DNA of 46,057 bases, taken from Fibrobacterales bacterium (GTDB taxonomy: Bacteria; Fibrobacterota; Fibrobacteria; Fibrobacterales; JAOPTW01). The DNA lies in contig JAOPTW010000042.1 in assembly GCA_051532035.1 (NCBI GenBank), positions 12,418-58,474 on the forward strand, written 5' to 3'. A program made the translations under genes and the position numbers. Position 1 is the stretch's first letter. Each line of letters begins with the position of its first letter. The notes beneath the pieces were generated by a model. That model saw nothing but the letters and a program-made list of their open reading frames with translations. It was not told the origin of the DNA and made no database searches. Below, one piece after another: positions 27,214 to 37,784 of this stretch.

Positions 27214-28242
27214 ATGAAATCCAGAGCAATTGTATCAATCACTATCGCACTCATATTTATTGGTATGGCTGTGACCGGCATTATGAGTTATCTTACCAAA
27301 TATGACAAAACCTTATCGGCTGTACACACAATATTTAGCCTCTTGTTTGTCGGTGCTACTCTGTTTCATATTTTTAATAACTATAAGCCCTTACTCAATT
27401 ACTGTAAACATAATAAAACGCGCATTTTTTCACTGCTCCTCCCCCTCATTATAGGAGGTGTTTTAGCAGGTGCCCTCTTCTCTATTCCACCATTTAAGAA
27501 TATTATTGAATTCGGCATATCTATGCGCCAACAAGATGAATTGAGTAAGAAGACAGAATATGTAATAACGACTAAATCAAAAGAGACCGGTGCAAGCATT
27601 AAAATCGATTTTAGAGCTGGATCAGAATATCTCACTAAGAAAACACTCCCTGATGGACGCACCCTTACCATAACCCCTCAGGTTGCGGTATGGCTCCAAG
27701 ATGAGACGGGTAGGTACCTCGAAACATTGTATATCTCTGGAAAATCAGCAACGGGTAACTATAGCGGTGGTAAGAACCGTCGTCCAGGAGCCTTACCCGT
27801 TTGGAGCTATGCACGCAATATTAAGTCTGCAGATGGATTGATGATGCCCGATTCTAACAATGCTGTTTCAGATGCAGTTTCAGGAGCAACCCCGTTGACC
27901 AGCTATTCTGTTCTTACCAAATACTCCCAAGACACTTCACTGAAACTCATGATTGAGTTCAATAAATCATTCGACTTTAATGACCATTTTAATAAAAAGA
28001 ATTTTGCACACGATTCCACATATGTTAAGAACCCAAACGGTCAGCCGTCACTGGTCTATTCTGCGAATCTTAACGGAGATACCAAGCTCGTATTGGCTCA
28101 CCTCATTGGCCATGGTCATATCTCGGGTGGCGACGGAGAGATACATGCAGATGTGAGTCACATTACCTCTGCAGCCAATATTTTCAAAGGGATTATTGTC
28201 GAAACAGATACGAGCACCAAGATTAAAAATAGTATAGAGTAA
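27214..28242 (+). CDS. Membrane protein, DUF4405-like N-terminus plus DUF2271-like periplasmic domain
   Basis: Three TM segments with two His (VTG..S, H..F, H...N), then PQVAVWLQD..GRYLETLY, RRP.ALPVW, DAVSGATP, GQPSLVY. Start 27214 preferred. Confidence 0.7.
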   Translation: MKSRAIVSITIALIFIGMAVTGIMSYLTKYDKTLSAVHTIFSLLFVGATLFHIFNNYKPLLNYCKHNKTRIFSLLLPLIIGGVLAGALFSIPPFKNIIEFGISMRQQDELSKKTEYVITTKSKETGASIKIDFRAGSEYLTKKTLPDGRTLTITPQVAVWLQDETGRYLETLYISGKSATGNYSGGKNRRPGALPVWSYARNIKSADGLMMPDSNNAVSDAVSGATPLTSYSVLTKYSQDTSLKLMIEFNKSFDFNDHFNKKNFAHDSTYVKNPNGQPSLVYSANLNGDTKLVLAHLIGHGHISGGDGEIHADVSHITSAANIFKGIIVETDTSTKIKNSIE

Positions 28243-28302
28243 TCAGTGTCGATACACCCTGTGTAGAGTTATGGCATTTGCGCTCTTAAGATGAGAGCAC
28301 CC

Positions 28303-28899
28303 CTAAATGCTCAGATAGGATATCGGTATCTCCCTATCTGAATCCCCAATTTTGCTGTAGGTCCAGTGGCTCGTGTACGAACAATCACCAGATACACCCC
28401 CACCGGTTACATTCGTTTTAAAAGAGTCGTGAGTGATTTCTTCAAGCAGATCACCAACGTCAAAACGATCTACATTTCTATCTTCCCACTCATCAACAGC
28501 GATCAAGCTGTCCATACTCGTTTTCCTATTATCAATATGAGCCTCTCTTGTTTGTTGATTACTCAATACTAACCCTTGAGCGCTCACAGAATAGTCCCCT
28601 TTTCTATCATACCATTGATAGACCATATTAGAATCGATTGCAAACTGAATGCGCTCTCCTACAGAGTCAATTTCAGCCATGTCCATCCATTCAAATGTAC
28701 TATCAGGCCTGAATCTGATGTAGCTATACCGCGGATCATTCGGTTCACAGACACCCTCATATTCATAAAACACCTCTCCTTCATAGAGGCCAGAGAAGGT
28801 AGCGACAGTAATTCCCCCTGAACTACTGCTATTGGTTATGTCATCTGAGGTACAACCGAGTACTGAGATAATGATGATAATGATGTATAAGAATTTCAT
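28303..28899 (-). CDS. Hypothetical lipoprotein
   Basis: VLGC lipobox; 3' end overlaps repeat module G. Confidence 0.7.
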   Translation of the reverse strand: MKFLYIIIIIISVLGCTSDDITNSSSSGGITVATFSGLYEGEVFYEYEGVCEPNDPRYSYIRFRPDSTFEWMDMAEIDSVGERIQFAIDSNMVYQWYDRKGDYSVSAQGLVLSNQQTREAHIDNRKTSMDSLIAVDEWEDRNVDRFDVGDLLEEITHDSFKTNVTGGGVSGDCSYTSHWTYSKIGDSDREIPISYLSI

Positions 28900-28962
28900 T
28901 GATTTTCCATTTGTGTGTATGTGCTTATCTATTCAACGTATGAAAGGTCGATACTGTTACCT

Positions 28963-29115
28963 ATGAATACAAAAGAGACAAAATCAATCATCAAAAAAGA
29001 TATCGCAGAGATGCCCATATTTAGCAAATCATTCAAAGAAAAGTTCGGAGCTGGCAAAAAAGAAGGTCTTGAGCAAGGCGTTGAGCAAGGTTTAGAACAG
29101 GGCATCGAAAAAGCC
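28963..29115 (+). pseudogene. Rpn-like C-terminal fragment
   Basis: GKKEGLEQGVEQGLEQGIEK repeats typical of Rpn/YhgA C-termini; frame then runs into non-coding repeat D. Confidence 0.55.
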
Positions 29116-29330
29116 CAAAGCCCCCCAACATTCTGCTATTACCCTACCCTCACCGGATCACTCGGGCAAAAGCCACTCTCATACAGACACCCTTGTAAAA
29201 AAAGAACTTTTAGAGAACCAGCAAGAGACCTACTCAGTATCACAACAAATATTGAACGGGCTTGTTCCTGGCATTATTTGTTACTTTTAACTTATTATAT
29301 ACTTAATTACCATTTTTAGAATAATTCATA

Positions 29331-29362
29331 CAGGCCACTCGTAATACGGGTGGCCTTTTTTT
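29331..29362 (+). terminator. Rho-independent terminator
   Basis: AGGCCACTCGT-aat-ACGGGTGGCCT followed by a T tract. Confidence 0.75.
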
Positions 29363-29390
29363 GATTAAAATAATTCTAAGGGGGAAATGT

Positions 29391-30017
29391 ATGACGCATT
29401 ACTTAGAAGCACTGATACATTACGATCTCGCTAAATGCGACAGTCAAAAGCAATACTATCGTGATCAAATGCTGTATCTTAAACCTTCTATCCTCTCATA
29501 TAATCTGGAGCGAAATCACACTGCCATACTTGAAAACTGGCACTCTAGTGTTCTCAGAGAACTGGTACCATTGATCGATTTTGATGAAAACTATACCTAC
29601 CTCGGGTCACTTCTCACGCCTCCGCTCCCCGCCAAACAGGCGAAAGAAACAGTCACGCTCCTCCTTGAACATGGTTTCATTACCCGTACTGAGGGAGAAC
29701 TAGGTGTTACCTATAGTCAAACCGATACCTTTCTCGAAACCCCTCCTAACCTCCCTAAATCACTCGCTATCAGAAATCATCAAAGAAAAACTATTGCACT
29801 AGGGGCCGAAGCTATTGAACGTTTCCCCAAAACAAATCGAAATATTATCGGTGCCACTTTTTCTACAAATGAAAAAGGCACAGAAGCAATGAATAAACTG
29901 ATCAATGAATTTCAACGTAAAATGGTGAAAATTGTTTCAGAAAATGATTCTGGGTGCAACCGAGTATACCAGACCAATATTCAATTCTTTCCTCTTTCAA
30001 AAAAAATTGACGAATAG
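29391..30017 (+). CDS. TIGR02147/DUF4423 protein lacking the N-terminal HTH
   Basis: W...VLREL, VYQTNIQFFPLSK; aligns to the other two paralogs only from about residue 75; GGGGG RBS-like sequence before ATG 29391. Confidence 0.75.
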   Translation: MTHYLEALIHYDLAKCDSQKQYYRDQMLYLKPSILSYNLERNHTAILENWHSSVLRELVPLIDFDENYTYLGSLLTPPLPAKQAKETVTLLLEHGFITRTEGELGVTYSQTDTFLETPPNLPKSLAIRNHQRKTIALGAEAIERFPKTNRNIIGATFSTNEKGTEAMNKLINEFQRKMVKIVSENDSGCNRVYQTNIQFFPLSKKIDE

Positions 30018-30356
30018 CTCATACGCTCTTCATTCTTACCTAACACAATCAAAGTTGACGACAACGGTAAATGAATGGATCGTTAGTAATAGTGCTGTTA
30101 GTATCTCTTGGAGTATCCGAAGTCAAGAATAGATACTATCACGATAACAGCCACCAATAATGGCATTGGACGGACGATTACTCTTCACCCACCTGCTCGA
30201 CGCCCAAAAGAGTAGTGAGATTATTCATATTACTCAATAATGGTATTCGCCCCAGAATCAATTACTGCTGTTTTCTAGCCATGGCCTGCATCGAAGGATA
30301 TTTTGGTGACTATAAGCCCAACAAAAAAGCACCCATTCAGAGAGGGTGCGACTGGT

Positions 30357-30890
30357 TTATTGTATTACGAAACCAAACTCTAGGCCTAAACGCAATGTAA
30401 GTCCCACTGTATGCTCCATATTTTCGGTTCCTGAAAACGTATCTTCACCCGTATAGAAAGAACCACTTGAACTGTTCTGTACACTTGATAATCCAATTCC
30501 CAAGTCTATGTCAAAGCCTACAAAAAAAGGGCTGTCTCTATCTGTTGCCCATTGTAACCTAAAAAATACTTCTGGTACTGTTACAGAATCATACAGTCTA
30601 TATAATGCAAACATGGTGCCTATTGCAAAATTGTCTGAAGCATCGTCAAAGAATAGAACTGATCCTGCAACACCAAAGCCACCATATTTTCCAAAAACAT
30701 TAATTGGCTCAACGCCTACCATAACACTCTGAGTCTGAATATAAAATGCCCCTACTCTAGCAGGCATTACTAAGTCATTTCCTCCCATACTTGAAGCTAC
30801 CAACACCCCCAATGGCTTAACCGTAAACACATAATTAGTGGCAAACGCCGATGTACATAATAAAAATACTACAATAAATGATAATTTCAT
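30357..30890 (-). CDS. Small secreted/outer-membrane beta-stranded protein
   Basis: Signal peptide ending SAFA; GGAGG RBS; C-terminal LRLGLEFGF. Confidence 0.65.
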   Translation of the reverse strand: MKLSFIVVFLLCTSAFATNYVFTVKPLGVLVASSMGGNDLVMPARVGAFYIQTQSVMVGVEPINVFGKYGGFGVAGSVLFFDDASDNFAIGTMFALYRLYDSVTVPEVFFRLQWATDRDSPFFVGFDIDLGIGLSSVQNSSSGSFYTGEDTFSGTENMEHTVGLTLRLGLEFGFVIQ

Positions 30891-31169
30891 TTTTCTACCT
30901 CCGTGGCAAATATAACCAAGTAGAGAGAGGCCTTAAAGAACATTCATTGCAGAATAGCGTTACACGTTCAAACACTAGGCTACATATTTTATTTATTTTA
31001 ATTATTTGGGCTTATAAAAGTGAGACCCTATGCAGTATCCTATAATGCCAGCAATCTCCCCTGTGAATAGCTCACAAGGCACAATAGACTTCTCGGTATA
31101 TAATTTGTAATTCCCTGTCCTATCATTTAACTCATTACAACATTTTCTATATTTGATAAACGGACCCCT

Positions 31170-32831
31170 ATGAGAATCACTATGTTTACTATTCTGAAGC
31201 TTCTTCCCCTTCTAATATTCCTCGGCATCATATCCTGTGATATTGTATCTAAAGAACCTGGTGAAACACTCAGTTCACAAGATTCCACTATTTCTTATTC
31301 AGAGCGAGGCAATTCTTCCTTTACTAACGCTGACAATTCTTCACATGAAAACAGCATGTCTTCAGCACCATCTTCTCCAGAGTCATCAACTGAAAACAGC
31401 TCCAATACTCAATCATCTAATGAAAAGAACGAAGAGTCTAATTCAAGCAGTTCAGTAGCAACTGTCAGTAGTGTTGATTCAAAACCAAACACTTACAAAG
31501 AGCGCAATGGCTTATTAGATGTAGGAAGCTGTAATGGAGTCCCCGTAACAGCCCCCTCAATTATACATCTCCCTATTACCGTCTATGATCATACCGATAC
31601 ATGGGATGATTTTGGGAGCCCGTCTATTCGCACCTACCCCTCAGATTACTATTACGATACCCTCATTGTAGTAGACAGTCTCAACAACCTCGATACAACT
31701 ATTCGAAAAAAGAGCACTGGATTAAACTCTGGGAGAGCTGTTACGGGTATGGTTAAAAAAGAACTGGGCCTCAATGGCCTCCCTCAGCTCGATTCAATAC
31801 ACACAGACAACGACCATTTAGAAGAGTGGTGGACCGAAGCGGAATTTAACAAAATCAACACTACCGTTCCTTTTCTCTATGTAGGAAACGGCACCTATCA
31901 ATATTGGGATGACAACTTTTTTCCCCTGGATTCTCCAGAAGCAACATGGGAATCCCCCGATACCCTTAACTACTATTTTGCAGCGCACATGCAGCATACT
32001 TTTTTGTATGACGGCACACCCAATCAACTATTTGAAATGGGTGGTGAAGATGATATCTTTGTATACCTCAATGGCACCTTAGTCATCGAACTCGGTGGTC
32101 CTCAGTATGGGTTACTCGACACCTTTTCACTATCAGAAGAACTCCAGCAATTAGGGATAGAAGCTGGTGATTCTATTACCCTCGACTTTTTTATTACAGA
32201 GCGTAAGATGCTTAACTCCAAGGCCTATATGTCAATAACGGCACCCTGCTTTTTCCATAAGATTCTTCCCATCGCTCCCGCCGACTCGTATGATGCCTCG
32301 ACCTATGCACATTGCACTGAAAATGAGATACCCGTTAAAGAGACTCTCTGTAATATAGGGTACAGCAACGAGCGTACCCAAGAAATAAATACAATCGAAG
32401 AAAACAATAAGGGCTTCATTTACCTGACTCCACTACAAGATGATTTTTCTTCCCTCATATCTTCCTGTACGACCTGTAAAGGGAACGACACCTTGACTAT
32501 TACCAAAGGAGCACTTAGGTACTCAATAGGTAGCTGGGAACACTTCAATACCCCCCTGCACACTATAAGCCAACATACTCTCAATTCAGGTGAACATGCA
32601 ACCCTCTTCACCTTTGAGATTGAAGAAATGTTTGAAGATATTTATCCCTATGCAAGAGAGGAGTATGCACCCAATAAAATAGAGTTATGGAATAGTGACT
32701 CAACCTACTCCCTCACCTTTAAGCCCCAAAATATAGATGTCCATGGGAAATTTAAAGAAAGTGAAACGACTATTGATTGGAAACTCATAGAAACACACTG
32801 TACTCATCCTTCCTGCATCGAATCAATGTGA
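31170..32831 (+). CDS. Fibro-slime (PA14-like) domain lipoprotein
   Basis: IISC lipobox; TGMVKKELG..GLP, FFPLD, NYYF, F.Y.G, GEDDIFVYLNG.LVIELGG, DFF.TER. Confidence 0.85.
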   Translation: MRITMFTILKLLPLLIFLGIISCDIVSKEPGETLSSQDSTISYSERGNSSFTNADNSSHENSMSSAPSSPESSTENSSNTQSSNEKNEESNSSSSVATVSSVDSKPNTYKERNGLLDVGSCNGVPVTAPSIIHLPITVYDHTDTWDDFGSPSIRTYPSDYYYDTLIVVDSLNNLDTTIRKKSTGLNSGRAVTGMVKKELGLNGLPQLDSIHTDNDHLEEWWTEAEFNKINTTVPFLYVGNGTYQYWDDNFFPLDSPEATWESPDTLNYYFAAHMQHTFLYDGTPNQLFEMGGEDDIFVYLNGTLVIELGGPQYGLLDTFSLSEELQQLGIEAGDSITLDFFITERKMLNSKAYMSITAPCFFHKILPIAPADSYDASTYAHCTENEIPVKETLCNIGYSNERTQEINTIEENNKGFIYLTPLQDDFSSLISSCTTCKGNDTLTITKGALRYSIGSWEHFNTPLHTISQHTLNSGEHATLFTFEIEEMFEDIYPYAREEYAPNKIELWNSDSTYSLTFKPQNIDVHGKFKESETTIDWKLIETHCTHPSCIESM

Positions 32832-32906
32832 AGTAAATCAATATTCTTTTAGATGTTTATAGTGGCTGTACATATGAGACAACCATAACCGGTTTTGTAG
32901 TGAGTA

Positions 32907-34490
32907 TTATACCCGGCTATGCTCAATCATAAGAGGTTCTCCATAAGAAACCTCCCGTGCGTGTACTCCTTCAAACAGAATAGAGAGATCTTCAACAGCT
33001 TTATTCAACACATTTGCTTGAGCTGACAACTCTTCACTTGCCGATGCAGATTCTTCTGCCGTGGCGGCGTTGCCCTGTACTACTTCCTCCATAGAGGTAA
33101 TTGCGGTATTCACCTGTGTAAGTCCGTTCGCCTGTTCCTCACTTGCAACAGAAACTTCTCGTATCAAATGATTTACTTTTGCAGCCGCGGTATCTACTTT
33201 GGTGAGAATATCGTGTACACTCTGAGTCACCTCAACCCCATTATCGGTATTCCTCTGTGACTGTTCTATTAATTCCGCAGTGGTATTCGCGGCCTCTGCA
33301 CTTCGCTGAGCTAAGTTACGCACCTCTTCGGCCACTACTGCAAAGCCCTTACCAGCATCTCCGGCTCGAGCTGCTTCAACGGCAGCATTGAGTGCCAACA
33401 AGTTTGTTTGAAATGCAATTTCATTAATATTTTTAATTATCTTCGCTGTTTCATCGCTCGAACCCTTTATCTCGGTAATAGCCTGCGACATCTTATCCAT
33501 CGCGTGTTTGCCATCTTTGGTCAGATTATTGCTCTCTTCAGAAAGGCTTTGTGCTTCTCTGGCATTTTCCGCATTCTGTTTTGTCATAGCGGTCATCTCT
33601 TCGACAGTACTTGAGATTTCCTCCGAAGAGGCTGCCTGTTCAGAGGTGCTTGATGCCATGGTCTGACTTGAACTCGACACATGATCAGCTGCAGCGGATA
33701 CTTGATCTGCACTCATGCTTAAACTGGCTGTTATACTACGAATTCGTTTTCGTATATCTTTTACAAAAACCAGCCCTGCAGCTATAAAGAGCACAATTAA
33801 AATCAATGATATTCCGACAACCATCCAAATAGTTGACCATATGGTAGCAGAGACCTCATCGCGTTTTTTATTCGCTATAACCTCTAGTTCATCGATATAC
33901 ACACCAGTTCCAATTACCAAATTCCACGGTTTAAACTGTTTTACATAGCTGGCTTTGGGAAGTGTCTTAGATTTATCATTCGGGTCGGGCCATAAATAAT
34001 CAACAATCGCATCACCCGATTTACTGCTATTTGACAGCTCAACTGCTGCCTGGAAAAGATTTTGTGACTTACCCATAGCGCAGTTATACTTTTCATTCTT
34101 CAAAATAGTGTTATTCAACTGTTTCGCTACAGGGTGCATAATCATTTTGGGGTACGGTAATTCTGTATTATTGATCCAAAGGTATCCGCGCCCTTCACTA
34201 TAGCGCATACTTTCTACGATAGCGTATGCCTGTTTTTGAGCATCTAATTCAGAAAGCTCTCCAGCACTTGCCTTATTCTGATACGATTCAAGAATCGCAA
34301 GAGCATTTTCAACAATATGCTGTAACCGCGTATTAGTTGCCTCTTTATATTCAGTTTTAAAGTCATTTATTGTTTGAGTCCCAAATGAGTTCAAACTATA
34401 CACACTGATACCACTAATAATTAAGGCTATGAGAATATTCGTAGCCAGTAACATAAATAATATCCTAGAAGTAATACTTGTATTTTTCAT
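32907..34490 (-). CDS. Methyl-accepting chemotaxis protein with Cache sensor domain
   Basis: TM-Cache (RY...GYLWI, MIMHP, Y.WP.P, K.SYVK.F.PW..VIGTG.YID)-TM-MCP signal ([38 protein letters not shown]). ATG 34490 with GAGG RBS. Confidence 0.95.
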   Translation of the reverse strand: MKNTSITSRILFMLLATNILIALIISGISVYSLNSFGTQTINDFKTEYKEATNTRLQHIVENALAILESYQNKASAGELSELDAQKQAYAIVESMRYSEGRGYLWINNTELPYPKMIMHPVAKQLNNTILKNEKYNCAMGKSQNLFQAAVELSNSSKSGDAIVDYLWPDPNDKSKTLPKASYVKQFKPWNLVIGTGVYIDELEVIANKKRDEVSATIWSTIWMVVGISLILIVLFIAAGLVFVKDIRKRIRSITASLSMSADQVSAAADHVSSSSQTMASSTSEQAASSEEISSTVEEMTAMTKQNAENAREAQSLSEESNNLTKDGKHAMDKMSQAITEIKGSSDETAKIIKNINEIAFQTNLLALNAAVEAARAGDAGKGFAVVAEEVRNLAQRSAEAANTTAELIEQSQRNTDNGVEVTQSVHDILTKVDTAAAKVNHLIREVSVASEEQANGLTQVNTAITSMEEVVQGNAATAEESASASEELSAQANVLNKAVEDLSILFEGVHAREVSYGEPLMIEHSRV

Positions 34491-34660
34491 GCGACACCTC
34501 CCATACCCACATAAATTGGGCAGTGGCACTTACCTCTGCCTCTGCCTCCATAGTCTACCCTTATTTTAAGCAATACACTAGAGAAACAGAGTAACTCTCA
34601 GTGAAGTGTGGAATTACAGGCACTATTTAGGTAATAGAGGTACTGAGTAAATATCAAATA

Positions 34661-34688
34661 AAGCCCGTGAGACGTATCCCACGGGCTT
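34661..34688 (-). terminator. Terminator hairpin
   Basis: AAGCCCGTG...CACGGGCTT after the stop of 34710-35996. Confidence 0.65.
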
Positions 34689-34709
34689 GTAAAACACAAT
34701 AACCTGGCA

Positions 34710-35996
34710 TTACTGTGTTTTAAATACCTTGATAACCATTCCTTCATTATTATACCCCGCTATGAACAACCGGCCTTCACGGTGCAGCGCATCAATAAAA
34801 CTGAATGAGGTGTGTTCACCGGTCAGATCCCATTGGTTGCGGACATACCCGTCAAGATCAATATGATACAGCATTCCGTCACCGTTCACATAAATATTCT
34901 CATCATCTACCATGGCAAGTCCCAGAGCGCCGCGATACTCCTCAAAGAGACCATTCGCTATCGAGTTGCTCCAGTTGCCATCTTTAGCAATTACCACTAT
35001 GTGGTTCAATTCATTACTGACCACATAAATGTTATCGCCATACAGTGCCATATCAATAAAGCTATCGGCTTTGTCTCTCTGCATTCCGGGTATTCTAATA
35101 ACCTGGGCAAGGGTAAAATCCTTCAGACGGATTTTGTAAATCACATCATTCAGACGGTCGGCAACATACGCGTATTCCAAATCAATCACCACATTTACGG
35201 GCTGTATTTGTGAAAAGGGAACCAGAGCGCCAATATCTAACTCGGTAATATACTCCTGCCCTGGGCCATAGATCACTACCCGTTCACTATTCAGATCACA
35301 CACCCACAAATGCCCTGTTGCAGGGTCGCCCCCCAAGCCATGAGGTCCCGCTACTCCCATATCCATATAACTGTATGACATATCATAAGGATTTACGGTA
35401 TACAGTCTATTACTCAAATATGAGGTGAGAACAATCTGTCCATGCTGTTCAGTCATGCCGTAAAAAAAGTCTCCGGGATAGCGATTGTCATAAAATGAAT
35501 ACTCCCCTTCAAATTGCAGTGACGACTCTACTGCATATTTGGGACTCCCCCGATCATAGGTACCAGCAGCGGTATTATTAGTGTAATCTCTATTGGTAGT
35601 ATCATAGGTTGTGGTATCATACTCTGCACGATAGTCATCCTGATAATCAGTATACTCTTCATTGCGATCATTCGCATGTTCATAACGTGTATCGTCAAAA
35701 TAGATATCATCATTAGTGTACGCACTATCATAATACTGATCACCGTTGTCGTAATAGTCACTGTCATTATACGGGGTATGAGTCTCATTCGCATACTCAT
35801 TTGAGTCATTATAATAACCAGAATCTCCAGAGGGATAATAATCATCGGAACTATACATTCTATCGGCATCATAATGTTGTGAGCTGCTACTTTCCTGACC
35901 TTCGGCAACAACATCCAGAATATCACAACCACTTATTCCAACCGCTGCAATAGCGAGCATTAGAGTCAGTATCACTTTTATTATTTGAGTTTTCAT
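34710..35996 (-). CDS. Lipoprotein with Tyr/Asp-rich low-complexity region and NHL/YncE-like beta-propeller
   Basis: ISGC lipobox; about 110-aa D/Y/N/T tract; GPHGL..DP..LWVCD, YVADR, IYV repeats. Confidence 0.75.
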   Translation of the reverse strand: MKTQIIKVILTLMLAIAAVGISGCDILDVVAEGQESSSSQHYDADRMYSSDDYYPSGDSGYYNDSNEYANETHTPYNDSDYYDNGDQYYDSAYTNDDIYFDDTRYEHANDRNEEYTDYQDDYRAEYDTTTYDTTNRDYTNNTAAGTYDRGSPKYAVESSLQFEGEYSFYDNRYPGDFFYGMTEQHGQIVLTSYLSNRLYTVNPYDMSYSYMDMGVAGPHGLGGDPATGHLWVCDLNSERVVIYGPGQEYITELDIGALVPFSQIQPVNVVIDLEYAYVADRLNDVIYKIRLKDFTLAQVIRIPGMQRDKADSFIDMALYGDNIYVVSNELNHIVVIAKDGNWSNSIANGLFEEYRGALGLAMVDDENIYVNGDGMLYHIDLDGYVRNQWDLTGEHTSFSFIDALHREGRLFIAGYNNEGMVIKVFKTQ

Positions 35997-36044
35997 CGTT
36001 ATTCTCCACCCGTTAACTTACTCTATATATTGGCACAATTGGAG

Positions 36045-36128
36045 ATACTATTAAGCCCACGTCCTTCATAGTGTGATCACGGTCACCCTATTCATCAAAA
36101 ACGTCCGGTTATCGTGACCACTATCACA
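36045..36128 (-). promoter_or_regulatory. Two CRP-like boxes with candidate -10
   Basis: TGTGA-N6-TCACC (36072-36087) and CGTGA-N6-TCACA (36113-36128); TAGTAT on the minus strand at 36050-36045. Confidence 0.55.
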
Positions 36129-36195
36129 CATGTCGGTTGACCTTTACCCATTCTTTGACCTATTTGACAATCAAATTTGAGCACTCTGGACTCAA

Positions 36196-37110
36196 TCAGT
36201 CACTCTCACCTTTCACACGGCCAACATTCCAAATGCTTTCAGCTTTTGCGCCAATAATCCAGAAGGTAATGGCCAAAACCGCAAAGAGCAGCGCCTTATG
36301 AGTAGTATCCCAAAGGTATTCAAAAAAACGAGTGTAGAAATTGATAAAGAGAAAGGTTATCCCAAACCCACGGGTCATACTGTCATCATTTTTAAGACCA
36401 TGATATATAGAACCAAGGGCAATGAGACCAAAGAGGAGCGCCCAATGAACGAGTTCATATTGCTTTACGAGTTCCCACTCATGAAGCGAACCATGATTTC
36501 CAAAGATCGACAATATCCAGAGTGCTATAAATAGACTCAATAGCGCTATTACTCGGGTTGACTGAGAAAAAAGCTTCAGTACTGGTACTCTTTTAAACAC
36601 AATTGTGGTCACTATCAGGCCAATCCCCAACACGACAAATCGCATAGGATAGTTCATGCCCAAATAATACGCCCCCCAACCAGATGCATAGCCAGTCTCT
36701 GCACCAAGCCAGCCACACAATGTGACAAGTGCAAATATCCAAGTTAACTCTGAGCGTAACCACACCCCTATCACTGCATATATCATTGCCGCCATAAGTA
36801 TCAACAGTGAGAAATGACCAGAACCAGTATCGAGTGCCTGTCCCAAAAATGCAATGGACACCGCTACCAATAAAACACCAGCAAACAACAACGACTCATT
36901 TCTAAAAGTCTTGAGGGGTTGGGTTAGTTGCAGCCGTTTAGTCCACGCAATAATACCCAAAGAAATAGCAAAGAACGTTATCGACTTTGCTATTGCCGGT
37001 GCATCAAATAACTTCTGGAACAGCATACGCAAGTAGTCATCCGCAACAACACTGGTGAGAGAAATAACGACACAGATAATTGAGATCCAGAATTAATACT
37101 TGATTGCTAA
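36196..37110 (-). pseudogene. DUF2157-like membrane protein, 5'-truncated with in-frame stop
   Basis: Multi-TM ORF (GAY.LGMNYP.RF, LWILSIFGN, F..IN.YTR.FEY.W). The frame continues upstream as LAIKY*FWISIICVVISL with TAA at 37093-37095 and no good start. Confidence 0.6.
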
Positions 37111-37289
37111 AACTTACAAAATTTTTATGAACCCGTTTATGGAGTGCGAGTATCACAATATTCATCTATTTCCACTGAAGTAACATTGTATAGAGCGTAC
37201 CAATCTACTATATTGATAGCGACACATGCTTAACGGTGAGGGCCCCATGCAGCTAATAATGACATGTGCTCGCCCCACTAAAGAAAATA

Positions 37290-37784
37290 CTAAAAAGCCT
37301 CCATCAACCTTTTATATCGTTTTTGTGCTAACTCAATTTCAACCTCAAACACCTCATCATCATCGTGGATCGATTCCACTAATTGATTGGTAGTTTTACG
37401 CAAGCGCATGGATAAAAAGAGTGCAATAGCTTTATACATTCGAGCTGCAAATCCCGGATCTTCTTCCATCTTAGCATAGAGCACATTAAAGGAAACGGCA
37501 ATAACGGCTGACTCGTCCGAAGAAATAACCGAAACCTCAGGCAGCTGAGCTTCTAAAAAAGACATTTCGCCGAGCACTTCACCTTCACCGATATAGGTGA
37601 TATCACTCGTATGATACGACATAATGGCAAATTGGCCCGAAAGAACAATGTACAGTTCCTTAACCGGTTGTTTTGCTCGAATCAACACTTCGGTGATTCC
37701 CATATTCCGTTTTTCAGAGTTTTCAATAATCCAATCCATATCCTCATCATGAAGCTGACCAAGAATAAAATCTATTTTTTTCAT
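37290..37784 (-). CDS. Cyclic nucleotide-binding domain protein (no HTH)
   Basis: LYIVLSG, GEVLGEMSFL, FAAR.YKA.A..LS.RLR; AAGGAGG RBS. Confidence 0.85.
   Translation of the reverse strand: MKKIDFILGQLHDEDMDWIIENSEKRNMGITEVLIRAKQPVKELYIVLSGQFAIMSYHTSDITYIGEGEVLGEMSFLEAQLPEVSVISSDESAVIAVSFNVLYAKMEEDPGFAARMYKAIALFLSMRLRKTTNQLVESIHDDDEVFEVEIELAQKRYKRLMEAF

Noticed and set aside
5530..32881. CRISPR array from the recurring short repeats
   Set aside because: Repeats are kilobases apart, variable in length, with no regular spacers or cas genes.
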